The position numbers and the translations under genes are program-made. A DNA stretch of 64,000 nucleotides from the human T2T-CHM13v2.0 reference genome, Homo sapiens, in assembly GCF_009914755.1 (NCBI RefSeq), contig NC_060926.1. One strand, given 5' to 3'. The stretch's first letter is position 1; each line of letters starts with the position of its first letter. Under the pieces are notes generated by a model. The model did not search any database. It was not told the DNA's origin and saw only the letters and a program-made list of their open reading frames with translations. This document shows, piece by piece, positions 27,011 through 39,693 of the stretch.

Positions 27011-27999
27011 CTAAGTGTTTGCATACAATTACAACATACCAAGCTGTAATGGCTCAGTGTATTCCTCTAGATTTCTTAGTATGATTAATAGCCAGATAGA
27101 TGTTTTTCACCATGGGATCCTCAAAGGCTAGGGGTTGGGTGGCAACTCCTGAGGACCCTAGGTAGAAGGAAAAAAGAAGCCCATGCAGCTCAACTTTGAA
27201 CCCCAGCCCTCTCCTCTCTTCAGACCCCTTCCAGCTGCCAACAGGGCAGCTCCTTAGGTCACCTCAGCCTGGATATGTTGACATTCACCATCTTCTGGGT
27301 GTGGTCCTCCACTGCACCCTACCATGCACCCCAAGTAAAGCTCCAGCTGGGAAAGTCTTTCAGTTTGCTCAGGAATCTAGTGACTTACATAATTATCTTT
27401 AGTTAGAAGCTTAGAGAGAAGAGGATCATTTATGTATAAGTGATAGGACCCTCAGAATTCTTTCTTCTCTAATAAAATAATGAGGTCACTAATCCAGTTG
27501 TCATTCAACTATCTCTTAATATTTCAATGATGTGAGTCTAGCTGTAACCAAAAAACACAAGGTTAACCTCAGGATTCATGCAGAAGCTGCTTGAAACCTA
27601 GTCCCATCTATAGTCGTGCAGCCAGGATTGTCAGGAGTCTGCAGTGTCAAATAAGGCAGTATAATTGCTTCTGTTGAAGGTAAGAGGAGGGTGGGGAGAG
27701 AGGAAGACATCAAATTCCTCTGAAGCAGGTAGAGTTCATCAACCCTAACTTAATTGTAAGCTTCAAATAGGATAAATCATTATGGTCCCTCATTTTGTTA
27801 AGGTTTGACAGCTTTCTGACAGCTTCCAATAAAAACAAAATAAGTTGATTTATGATAAAGCAGGAGAGTTTCCAGATATATACTAGAAGCCAAAAACAGA
27901 AACAAAATTTGTAAGCGGGGGTGTCTAGAAAGAAACCAAAATCATTCTTTCCCTTTTTCAAAATTCAAATCCCTCCAGCAGAGCCCTTATATTTTGGAT

Positions 28000-28640
28000 T
28001 CTTACGAGCTAACCCGGGCTTCCACCCTGACTCTCATCACTACCACACCCATGTGTCTTTCCTCTCTCCGTCTCCCTGAGACGCCAGTGAACCACCTGGG
28101 CTTGGAATCCAGAGCCCCGGAACACCTTGCAGTACTTGCCCGAAGCAACGCGCCAACAGCGGGAGGGAGACGCAGACGCGAAGACCGGCGAGAGGATGTG
28201 CGGTGGGAGTAGCTGCGGGGTCTGCAAGCAGGGGAGCGCGCACAACGTTAAACCTTGAAACCAGAAATCCCGATCCTATCGAGACCCATCAGCTTTTCCC
28301 ATTTGGGAACGAGCGCAGGGGAAATTAAATGCGTAATTCAAGCTCTGTTTTCCCCTCCCCTCCAAAGGTGAGGTGGGGGAACGCGTCTCGTTAGCTCATT
28401 ACAAAGCTTTCCGTGGGAAATTCCCTCTTCCTAATGCGTCTGTCTTGCAACTCCTATTAGCATCCTTCGACAGCGGCCTTTGAAAATCTCCTTTAAATTT
28501 CAATACCTCTACTCGTTTCCCAAATGGGGGGAAGGGAAGAGAAAGCCGGGGGGTAGAGAGAATTTCCTTCCCCTTTCCCTCCCAGGTAGCCAAAGCGCAC
28601 CGCAGCGGCTTGGCTTCCTGGAGGAAAAGCGCCCGAGCGG
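28000..28640 (-). ncRNA. Probable 5' end of a divergent (antisense, upstream) transcript; extent unknown
   Basis: The minus-strand TATAAG at 28669-28664 predicts a start near 28640 inside the CpG island. I recall a divergent lncRNA annotated at CNTNAP5 but cannot verify it or map its exons here; the left coordinate is arbitrary. Confidence 0.4.
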
Positions 28641-28663
28641 GGCAAAGACCCGCCCAGGCTGCT

Positions 28664-28728
28664 CTTATAGGCGAGCGCGGGGCGGGCCTGGCTGGGGGCG
28701 GTGCCGCGCGGCCCCGCTCGCCTATAAG
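28664..28728. promoter_or_regulatory. Back-to-back TATA-like/BREu-like core promoter modules forming a 14-bp perfect inverted repeat
   Basis: CTTATAGGCGAGCG (28664-28677) is the exact reverse complement of CGCTCGCCTATAAG (28715-28728). Each arm reads GCTCGCC-TATAAG outward (6/7 match to BREu SSRCGCC). Confidence 0.75.
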
Positions 28729-28754
28729 GAGCTGTCCGCCACCCGGGTGCTGAT
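28728..28754 (-). promoter_or_regulatory. Non-canonical RE1/NRSE (REST site, 8-nt spacer)
   Basis: The minus strand reads ATCAGCACC-cgggtggc-GGACAGCTCC. Both RE1 half-sites are near-consensus and the spacer is extended. Confidence 0.7.
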
Positions 28755-29115
28755 TCCAGCTCTCGCGCCCGACGAGGTGGATTTGGCTGTCCACCGAGCT
28801 CCGGCGCCTGTCGTTCTAATTGGGTTTGGATTTGCACCGTTAAGGAGGGGGGAAGAGAAGGAAGAGGCGGGCGAGGAAGGCGAGTCCAGCTAGCGGCTGT
28901 TGCGGGGACCGTAGCCCCAGCTGCAGCTCCGAAGAATCCCCCGCCACGGTTTCGGTGGAGCGTCTGGGCACGGGATGGAGTGAAAGAGCGAGTGCCTCTC
29001 CAAGCGGGGGTGGGAGGGGGTCAGGCTGTGCAGAGGAGAGAGACAGCGAGAAGAAGCCGCGGCTGGCTACTGCGAATTTGGGATTCGATTGGGAGGGACC
29101 GCTCACTCGGGGGAA
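28752..29115 (+). other. CNTNAP5: CNTNAP5 5' UTR (approximate start)
   Basis: GC-rich segment between the TATAAG box (28723-28728; start placed ~30 nt downstream) and the ATG. The start position is inferred, not observed. Confidence 0.7.
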
Positions 29116-29197
29116 ATGGATTCTTTACCACGGCTGACCAGCGTTTTGACTTTGCTGTTCTCTGGCTTGTGGCATTTAGGATTAACAGCGACAAACT
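29116..29197 (+). CDS. CNTNAP5: CNTNAP5 coding exon 1 (signal peptide; 27 codons + 1 nt, phase-1 donor)
   Basis: ATG at 29116 in strong context (gaaATGg) translates to [27 protein letters not shown], which I recognise as the Caspr5 N-terminus (continues Y-N-C-D-D-P in exon 2). It has a hydrophobic signal-peptide core, is followed by the donor T|GTGAGT at 29198, and lies in a CpG island. Confidence 0.96.
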
Positions 29198-31754
29198 GTG
29201 AGTACGAGGAGCTGGGGGCGGGAAGGTGAGGTGGAAAACGATCGCATTCAGAAAGACAATCAACTATCTAAGCGTACTCGATTGTGTCTGCTTTGGGCAA
29301 AGGAAACGGAAAAAAAATGCTGATCAGTGTGGTTCCATCACTCCAACCATCCCAAAAGTTAGTAGAGCTCAAATGAGCCAACCGTGCTGGATTTCCTCCC
29401 TTCTTCCGTTATCGCAAAGTTCAAGGGATAAGGAAAGGTTTCTCTTCCCTTAACCTCCTGCTAGCTCCGCGTTCCATGCCTGCCTGATCTCAGCCAGTGC
29501 TTTTTCCGGAGAAGGGCCCCTGGTTCAGACAGAATGCACTGGGAGCTGAGCTTCCTGGGATGGAGATGCTCCCAGCCACCGTGCTCGGTGACAGTGGCTC
29601 ATCTCTGAATGCAGTGCCTCGGATTTGCAGTATACCAAGCACCCCACGATACGTGGCTCTGCGTTCTGCCCTAGGCAGAAGGCTCCAGTTGGGGTATCTT
29701 GCAACCAATGGGCACCGGTTTAACAGGATTGGGAGTTTTGGCCTAAGAGTCATGGACCAATGTTGTTAACCACAAGATCAATGGCTGCCCCTATTACAGG
29801 AGGAAGAGCTTTGATGCATACCCCACCCCAAAAATCTTTGTGCCTGTGAACACTAATGAGTATGCACTAAGTGTACACTCTGTCGTCCAAGCTCTAACCT
29901 CGGCAAGTGTAGGACATTTAATTTAATAGGCAAGAAGCCTGGGCTCCCGGGGATCCACCAACTGCACTATATATTTAAAGAATCCAGTCCGTCAAACTTG
30001 AATAAATCTCTGGAGCTATGAGAGGTTCAGGCTCAATTCCTCAGCTGCCTCTCTAGGCAGAGAAAGGGAAGTTTTTCCAGCTCTGGGACTTCCTAAATGA
30101 GAAAGAATGCAATTAAGCCATCTGTGTTGTTTCCAAAGATGGTTTATCAAGGTCCCTCAAGTTTCTGGGCTTGCTCCCATATCCCTTATCCCTGTCATGA
30201 AGCTCAGAAATATTACCCATATTGGAACAGTTTTACTTTTTAGTTTTTGTAATTTGCACTATCATGGTTGGTTAGAGAACAGTAGGAAGATTACTTACCA
30301 CATAGGGACCTTTCTACCTCACTCTCCACCCAGTTAGGTCCTAGAGGACCCTGTGCATTTATCCCCGGAGTTATGTCTCAAGGGAAGACAATTGGACAAA
30401 TGTGGTGTATAGAAAAATGTTCACAACTGAGCCAGTGTTTCTGTCTGTGGTCGGAAGTTTTGGAGGGCCAGCATCTATAGTTAGTCATAATGCCTTATAC
30501 CGATTGTATTAAAGTTTGTGTTCTACAGGAAGGCTAAAGGGATCATCCTCTCTAAGGGAGTATCCAAAGGGCCCTGGTTTAGAAATTATTTCAGAGAATA
30601 TGTAGGAGCCGTTGGAATCTGAGTTTTTTTCTTTTACTTCTTCATCTCATTCTCTTCCACCTCCTTCTTTTTCTTCTTCTGTGGAATTGTTCCCGTGGTG
30701 CTTTAGAAAAAGATCTAAGTGGTTAGTAAGAGGAGGTAAGGCACAGCGCTGGGCTATTTTTCTCCACCTTCTAGAACACTAGAGGTCAGTATTGTCCTAA
30801 TGATACAAAGGCGTGGCAGCAAGCTAGCTGTGTTTTCCCTTCAGCACAGCTGCCTATCTGAGAAGAGTGAATACTTTGAAAAGCCACAAAGGTGGGGGTG
30901 AGAGATAAGGATAAAAAAGACAGAACATACTCCACACGCATATGGCTGTGGACTTTCTAATGCAACACCTTTTCTTAAGAGCCAATAAAACAAATATTTT
31001 AGAATAGCATTTTTTGTAAATTAATTGAATTATGGTTAATGTGTTTTAAAAATGCTCATAAAACCTAAATGACATGGATTTAAGACTCATGCTTATCATT
31101 ACCGATGTAGTAATAAAGCTAATTCTGAACATTTAAAATGAAACTTTGTGATAATGAGCTTTAGTATTTTATCAGTGACAGTTTAATTTCCCTATTTCCA
31201 ATCAACATTTTAATTGAATGCTCACTGCTTGCTAAATATTTTGAAGTCAGCGTTCTTAAGGAATAATTATTAATGATCATTATGCTGTACAAAATCTATT
31301 AATTGAATAATAGAACAGCAGAAAAAAATTAGCTCTGAACTTGATATATTTTGGTGTCTTCATAACCTATGATGCAGAAGCTCTAAGAAATATGCATTAA
31401 AATTCCACAATTCCTTTAGATTTCTACTGACCACACTCTTTATTCATTAAATATAGGACTTGGGTTTATTTTTATCTATAATCAATTAATATTTGTATAC
31501 ATATACTGAACATTAGCAATTTATTTTCAAATAGTCACTTTATAAAAGTTTATTTGGAAATTTTTTTACAAGATTATTCTTCCTATATTTTGAAGTAATA
31601 TGTCGTGACATTTGTGACAGTAGCCTTGAAAATGGATTTATTAACCCAATATTTTCCATAGTATATAGTTGCACTGTGGACTTTGTTCAGGTATACATAA
31701 CTTCTAATTGTTTTTATTATTCTTATAATAATATGTTGTTGGTGGTTGTTACTA

Positions 31755-31796
31755 TGGTGTGGTGTGTATGTGTGTGTTTTGTGTGTGTGTGTGTGC
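31755..31796. repeat. (TG)n imperfect microsatellite
   Basis: Seen directly. Confidence 0.85.
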
Positions 31797-34700
31797 ACAT
31801 GCATTTACATTTCTCATAATCTGACCGAAACCTGGGCTTTTAACTTCAAAGGAAAGATGAATGCTTGCCCAATTATAGATTTTATAAGTTTCTAATTAAA
31901 CAAAATTAAAATAAAGTCAGGTTAGAAGGGCCAGCTTCAGTACAGATATTATGAATCTGTGCAGAGAACATAATTACTTACCAGTAATAAAAACTGCAGA
32001 AATTCCCTCATTTCAGATTTTCAGGATATTAAATAGCTACAATTCCTCCTCTGGGTTTATCCTGAGGGAATTAGTTAACATCAAATGTAGATATAGTAGG
32101 CCAATGTTTAATGAAAAATCATTTTACATATAATATTAACTCTTTTGACATAAGAAGAAGTGATATGACTTGATAGTTGGTTAAAGTGAAACTGGGAGTT
32201 AGAAGAGCTGAGGAGTTCTAGCCCTAGTTATGCCACAGCTAAGCGTTCAAATACCTATTATGTTATTCAACCTTATAGTGCTCACAGGCTTGAGTATAAA
32301 ACAGCAATTGAGGTATGCGTCTACTCCAAAACAGAACAGCAGGTAAATATGTTACTGAGAAAATTATTTAAATATTAAGTATGGTAAGAGATGATTGCAC
32401 TGATAAAATGTGCATTCAGAAGATAGCAGGAATACATGGAGCACATATGGGGTCACTATTAACTATTTTTAACAATAAGTATAAGTTGTGCGATTATAAA
32501 GAGCTTTAATTTTGAGCAATACATCACTTTGAATGATTTCCATGTGCAGTATCTAAGTTTGTTGCTACATATTAGGGTCACACAAATACAGCATTGAGAG
32601 AGGGATCAAAAACTCTTCATTCTAGCTCATTCATCATATGTAGAATTTCAACTAAGATATATGAGGACTTCAATCAGATTCATAAAGCTCTTCAAATAAG
32701 GAGATGAACTATACTTTGAGTTATCCGAAGCTTATGCACAAACTCAATCAATAGATAATATTAAAAATAAACAATCACGCTGGTTTTTTCAGCAGCAACT
32801 TTTTGTGGCATTTACAGTCACCACAAGTAAAGGAAGCACTCCAATGCTCATTTGGAAGAGTCCTAAAGATTTTCCTTTTGTTGAATTGGCTTATCTTTGA
32901 CAGTACCTATGAGCTCTTTTTCCTTTCTCTTCCCATAGTCCCCCATCTCAAAACTAAATTGATATTTCTGCAATTGGGAAATGTATACCAAACCCTGGAC
33001 TAGCGATTTCCACACAAGTTCAAAATTATGAAAAAATTAGTTTTATTACGAAAACCTTACTCTCTCCTTGCTTTATTTTTGTTCTAATGAATGACTATCC
33101 TCTAAATTGCAGTTTTCTTTCTTTTTCCTTTGTTCCTCTGCCCAATTTCATTGCTTTCTTTACTGGATCTCGGTTTCCCTTTACTGAATCACTTTATTTC
33201 TTAATGCCCATTTGTTAAAAAAACAAAGTAATGCGATATCATTTGAAATGCCCCTGAAACCTTCAGTTGGTGATTCAGAGTCTTCGAGTTGATAAGCCAG
33301 AACTTCACTCAAATATTTCCTGTGTATACAATGATAATTATCCCCCTTAGATGAGAAGGTGGAGAAAAGATCTAGTTACCTAAAATCCCAGAGGACAATT
33401 GGAATTCACTCAATAGGACTTTATTGAAAGGTTGCAGTGTACATATTTGGAGCCAATAATGACATTTTTAATTCATAAGGGAAGGTTTCTTCATTCATCA
33501 AAACTCTGCCACTTTCTGGATGGTGACCTTGTAGAGGTTACTTAGTTACCCCAATGATCTTGCTGTATGCAACGAAGAAAATGGATTAGATCATTATTAT
33601 TAACATCCTATTTACTTTTAATGTAATTTGTCTTTAAATGCTGATATTGCCTACTGGTCATTTTATTTGGATATTTCTGGGATGATTATATTCTAACATT
33701 GTAAAGCAATTATAATTAGAATAACAATATAGTAGGGTTTTAATTCTTACCAACTTCTATACACTTATCTCTCACCTCATATTGTGTCCACATAAATTAC
33801 CAAGGCAGTACAGCTAGGTATACTTACAGATCCAGTTTACAGATGAGCATATTCAAGGTTAGTAGAAGTTAATGATTTCCTCAAGATCACAGATCTAAAC
33901 AATAAAAAATCAACATCTGGACCTATATTTATCTATTATCAAACACCAAACTCTTTGCAAGATATGAAACTTACTCCAAAACATTCACTTTGACACTGTG
34001 TATATACATATCTGTGGAAACTTGACATGGGTTCTTTATGGTTAATTTCTGTAGCTCTACCCATGGCAAAGGGCATGAGAGTAGCAGTTAGCACCACAGC
34101 CAACTCCAGAGTCACATCTAAAAGAAAAAAAAAATGGAGATCTAGATTTGATGCAAAATGCTAAACATCACAATGACCAAAGATAAGAGCCTCATCTGGA
34201 TGAGCACTTGATGCTTTATTTTTTATGAGCTTTGATTTAAAAAGTTGATAGGGAAAGGACATAGCCTTGATGAGGACTTGTGAATCCCTTTCCTACACAT
34301 ACAGAAACACACAGTACCATGAAAGGCACATGTTGACATGACGGGTTGTAAGTCTACAGATGTCAGACCAACAAGTATTAATTAACTAGTAGTTATGAAT
34401 TCCTTGTCCTAGCACAGGACTGGCCCTGATCTGGCTCTGCTAAACCTCATCTTCACCACTCCTCCAACACAAAGTTATGAAACTCCTTCACATTCCACAA
34501 ACAAGCTATGTTGTTTCAAATCTTGCATTTATTTTCATAGACTGCCTGCTTGGTCTAGAATACCCTTTTTCGTTTGTTATCTTCTCTCACTCTCTCCCCG
34601 CTATACATACACACACACACACACACATGCCCAGAAATATTTTTCTCAGGCATATCAAGTGTCCCTATATATTACATTTCCATAGTATTAACAATCCTTG

Positions 34701-37700
34701 TCTCCTCAACTAGGATGCAAAGTTCTCTGATGGTCATATTTTATTTGAAAGTCTATATTCAATGCGTAAAACATTGGGCAAGTGAAAGGATGAGAGAATA
34801 AATGATTGGTTTCCTGCTAAGAATGCTTATTTCTAAACTAAAATTCTCTCTTGGCTCTATTGCTAGAGTATTACTTTTAAAATTTGTTTTATGTTTATTT
34901 TTGAAACAAGTACAACTCATTACTGTTTTGGAAATACCAAGAAGCGGTTAGCTATTAAAGGAAAGAACAGAAGTTCAGATCACCTGATTGGATGCGGGAG
35001 CTGAAAAATGAGCCCCTGCAGCTATAGAAGCTTTCATATTTCCATGACTTCATTGCTATGATGGTCTTATTTATGTATCACATGGCCATTTGTTCCTAAC
35101 AGAGGAAGCCTCTCCATCCACTGACTTCAGTATCAAGTTGGAGCCAATTTTATTAACTTGCTTTATGGAATTTTAATGAGTGTTGCTTATAGAATCTAAA
35201 AAAAATACATAATCACATTGCTATAAAAACTATTTTATAGCCCAAGGATCAGTATAAAAAGGAGAAGTTTGGGTTATACTCAATGGGGCTTTATTAATAA
35301 ATTATTGAAAAGATCTCTCTTTTTTTATTGCAAGCCTACACCATTACCCTGATAACATGATTCCATGAATCCTATGTCATCTTTTTAAGCTGTGGTCAAG
35401 AGCAGATTTAAATGTTAATAGTTTTTTTGTGTGTTATGCATTTGAAAACATTATTTTAGAACTACAGTTTCTCTTTGCTAAACTCAAGTTTGTCTATGAA
35501 TCTGGAGAAATAATAATGAATAAGAAAATATAGTCCATAACCTCAAGAAACTTTGAACACTTGGTAGTTAGAAAAATAAACCTTTAGTCATGTCAGAGTG
35601 ATAAATGCTATGATAAAGGTAAACACGGCATGCACTTTAAGGCACAAAATGAGCATCTCATACTGGCTGGGGCATCAAAGTATGCTCTTTGAGGAAAAAC
35701 AAATTCATCTAAGATTTCAACTGTCAGATTTTGCTAGCTGGAGAAATGGGAGGGGGGCAGTTATTACTTGGTAGAAGGATAGAAGAAAAAATTAGAGTTG
35801 TAGGTAAGCATGAGAGTCTTTTATTTTTAAAGCTATGGAGATTCATTGAATGTTTTTATACAGGTAATGATTATAGTCAGATTTTTTTGCTTTAAAAAAA
35901 TTACTCTGTGAAGGATAGACTGGAATAGACCAAGACTGGTGGCAAGAAAACCAGTTAAGAGATGATTACAATAACTCAAGTGACAATTAGTAAGACCTTA
36001 AATAAAGAAGGATAGATATATCTGAATCTACAAAAGTTACACAGCATTGGAAAAAAAAATAATGGCCAAGTAAATTTAAGACCTAGGCATATATGAGCTA
36101 GTAAACTCACAGAAGGTACAGATTTGTATTCTGCATAATGTATAGAATACATTTTACATTTGTAAAATGTATTCTATAGCTGTTTCGATTGTTTTTGACA
36201 AATGAGAGGGATAGATGCTAGAAAAGGTACTCAGTTCTCTGAAATGAAGTTCTTCTCTGGGAATACCAAACGACCATATTCTCAGTGCAGTATATTTCAT
36301 ATTTGCATGACATTGTATAGCACATGCTGTCTCTATCCATCATCCTGATGCATCTTCTAGTCTGTAAATTATGCTGGTTTTTGTCAGCAGAGTGAGAACT
36401 AGTCATTAAGGAATGTGTAATTAAACCTCAACATCCCAGTTCTCATTCCCCCTCTGACAGGGGGATAAACCAGGGATCATTACTGCTATCAGGGGCTGCT
36501 CAGTGGAAAGAGAAACAAGGGGAAGTTGGGTGTGCTACGCTGATGTGCTATCATTGGTAATTGATTTGCTGGCGTAAATTCCATGTCTCTACATTTCTAA
36601 TTGCTTTTGTGCATATTCTTGGGGGTTGATTAATGCCATCTGTTCACAGGATCAGCTGAATTGATAGAGTTTTAAAGGATGACAACAGTAATGTTGAAGA
36701 TAGAAAGAAAGTGAAGGGAAATGCCAAAACACTGCTTGTGAGTTATATTATTTTTAACTATCCACCTTTAGAAGCAGAAATATCCTTCTAAAGGCAATCC
36801 AAAGCAAATAGCAGTCTAAAGAAATGTGCCAAACAGACTGATGTTATGTAGGTATTAGTCTAGGCCACTATTTACTGAATAGGTGGGTTCAGTTGTATCT
36901 CTGTTTTCCCCTCCCTCCCTTCTTCTCACACTTTCTTCTTCTCTTCCCCATTCCTTTTCTTCTGTCTTGTGACCATGTGGTTTGTGTATTACCATTGACT
37001 TTTCCCTGAGGAGATGATTCTCTTTCAGATGTACGATAAAAGGGTAAGAAGTCTTTGAGATTCCAGTGCTGCCTTGCTAAACAACATGGGCATAGTCATC
37101 AAAAGTGAAACTTCCAGACAAGACCTGTTACTGATGCAGGCCAGACATGGGCCTGGTGCCCACAGGGAACCTGGGAAGGCCCCTTGATTGCAATGCTCCA
37201 TCCAACTCTGTCCCCAAACAACCCTTCTGCTAACTCCATTAATCTCCTGAATCTGTAAATATGGGTAGAGTTGTGTGGGGAAGGGAGCCTTCCAATTCAT
37301 ATAGATAAGCTTTAAGACACAGAACCCCACTGAGTATAGGAAAGCAAATCTATACTGTACTTGACAGAGAAACAGACCTTTTCCAGAAAAAAAAAAAAGT
37401 GTGTGAAAGAGATAGTACTGGGTATCTGGAAAAGGGAGGATAATGTTTTGAATCTGGAAGGAGAAAGAACAGGGATGTTCTAGGTGTGCAAAACAAGTGT
37501 TGCTGCTTTCCTATTTTTGCCCAGGCTGAAACCCTCCCTCATATTACATGGCCAAAAGTACAGTAGATGGCCAATGGGGAGATGAAAAAGGACAGTGAGA
37601 AGGGCATATGTCACACAGTTTGGGATTGATTTAATTCTCATTCTGTGAATATGTTCTGTGTATACTAACATGCACCTTGCAAAGTCTGTAAGTATGAGTG

Positions 37701-38455
37701 GCTCTGCATAAAATACATATAATGTGGACATCCAATCATTATACCTGTTATAATTATTAATGAAACTCAGCATGGATTTTCTCATAATAACTAATAATAC
37801 AGTGTAGGGCAAGGACAGCTACATTTCCATTTTCAAACAAAGTCTGGCCCACTTCCCCTTCATCTGGGTAATCGGATGGGTGAGTCACTGCTAAGACAAA
37901 TACAAATTTGTTCTCATTTTATCTCCCATGTAAACAGACAATGAGTAGAGTCTACCTCCACCTGGCAGAGAAATATCACCGTTCTGGATCCCTCACTTAG
38001 TTCCTGGGTTGGGTCATAGCATAATCACTGCTTCTAGGCCTTGGCCAGTGAAACTGCTAGCTGAGAAACTCACAAAAGGAGCCCCATAAGAGTGGGGGAA
38101 ACAAGCTTCATCTAGAGAAGTGAGGAGCACAGCCCCTCCAAAAAACTGAAGAGGGCAATGGAGAAGATGTCAGCATTATGGCAGAAAGATCCTTAAACAG
38201 ACCTTAGGTAAACCCATGATCCTGGGAAGGAGTGTGTGTGACAATGTTCTCAGCTCCCTAAGACCACCATTTGCAGGAGATTCAGGCAGATGGACCTAGA
38301 ATTGGAAAGTTGAGAGAGCCACATTACCCTCCTGTGTACTACTGAAGTCTGTTTCTGGTGAATAAATGGCATTAAGTATTCCTATTTTCCTGTTGATTTT
38401 GGGTTAAAAATCAGGTACTGCATCATGATGAGTTATTAAGACATGTTATCCACAA

Positions 38456-38504
38456 GTCCTCCCTCCCCTCCCCTCCCCTCCCCTCCCTCCCTTCCTTCCT
38501 TCTT
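38456..38504. repeat. (CCCCT)n/(CCTT)n simple repeat
   Basis: Seen directly. Confidence 0.9.
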
Positions 38505-39379
38505 CAGATATTTATGAAATGCCTAGTGCCCATCCATTTATCTGTACACTTCTGAAATATTTTTGTTCATGACAAAACACTTGATAAGAAGAAAGATTAG
38601 AATTGCCATCCACATAGCTCCAGAGAAAACCAAAACAAAAGGTAACTGTACCATCTCAAAGGAAGGTCATAGCACTGTGACTCACCCTTCCATCATTCCT
38701 TTACTCTTGCTCCATGTATGAAGTATCTCTTATTTTTTAAGTCTTTTCCCCCTGCTCCTTTATTTTCAATATTCTTCCCCAAGTTGCTGATCTGCTTTCT
38801 TTCTAATCCTCTTTTCTTCCTTCTCTTTCCTCTCGTCTGTCTTCCCCATGTTCTTCTACTCCTTTCCTTTCTTTCTATCTTCTTCCTCTCCATCTCTTCC
38901 TTCTACCTCCCTTCCCTCACTCTTCCTGTTGCAATTAACTTTTACTAAATGTCTTGTTTTTATGTTTTATGGCATAAGTTAATGCTTTTCAAACTTTCCA
39001 CTGAAGTGCTGCTCACCGGGAAATAGAGTGCACGGGAACCCAGGGGATTCTATGAGCTCAGCTTCAAATGGCCACTGAAGCATGTAATTTCTTAAATTTT
39101 ATCTTCAACACTCAGGCAAATTTGCATTCAGCTCCATATTATATCCATGTTTATACTATAATAAAATATTTTCCCCAAATCCCCAATTAAAATTGATGAC
39201 CCAAGTTTATTAGCTTAACCCATAGCAGAGGGCTGCATAATCCCAGGGGCAAAGGCTTCAGTTTTTTGGCTCTTTCTCCACATTTATGTTTTCCAGTATT
39301 CCTGTGTCACAGAGTCCTACTTCGTGGTCTCTCTCCTCATCTCAGAACAACAGGTTGCTGCATTTCCCAGGATGAACTC

Positions 39380-39693
<314 letters not shown>

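Larger units (their letters stand above)
28080..29300. promoter_or_regulatory. CpG island / CNTNAP5 promoter
   Basis: Sharp rise in GC content and CpG density against the AT-rich, CpG-depleted flanks; GC boxes at 28679-28686 and 28694-28701. Confidence 0.92.

Noticed and set aside
28661-28730. Possible SRF CArG boxes (CTCTTATAGG, CCTATAAGGA)
   Set aside because: Neither fits CC(A/T)6GG; they are better explained as TATA-like elements.
27994-29769. Cluster of overlapping ORFs on both strands around the promoter
   Set aside because: Expected from stop-codon depletion in a CpG island. The real coding exon (29116-29197) is none of them.
36765-36794. 10-bp inverted repeat CCTTTAGAAG-N10-CTTCTAAAGG
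   Set aside because: Short enough to be expected by chance in 64 kb.
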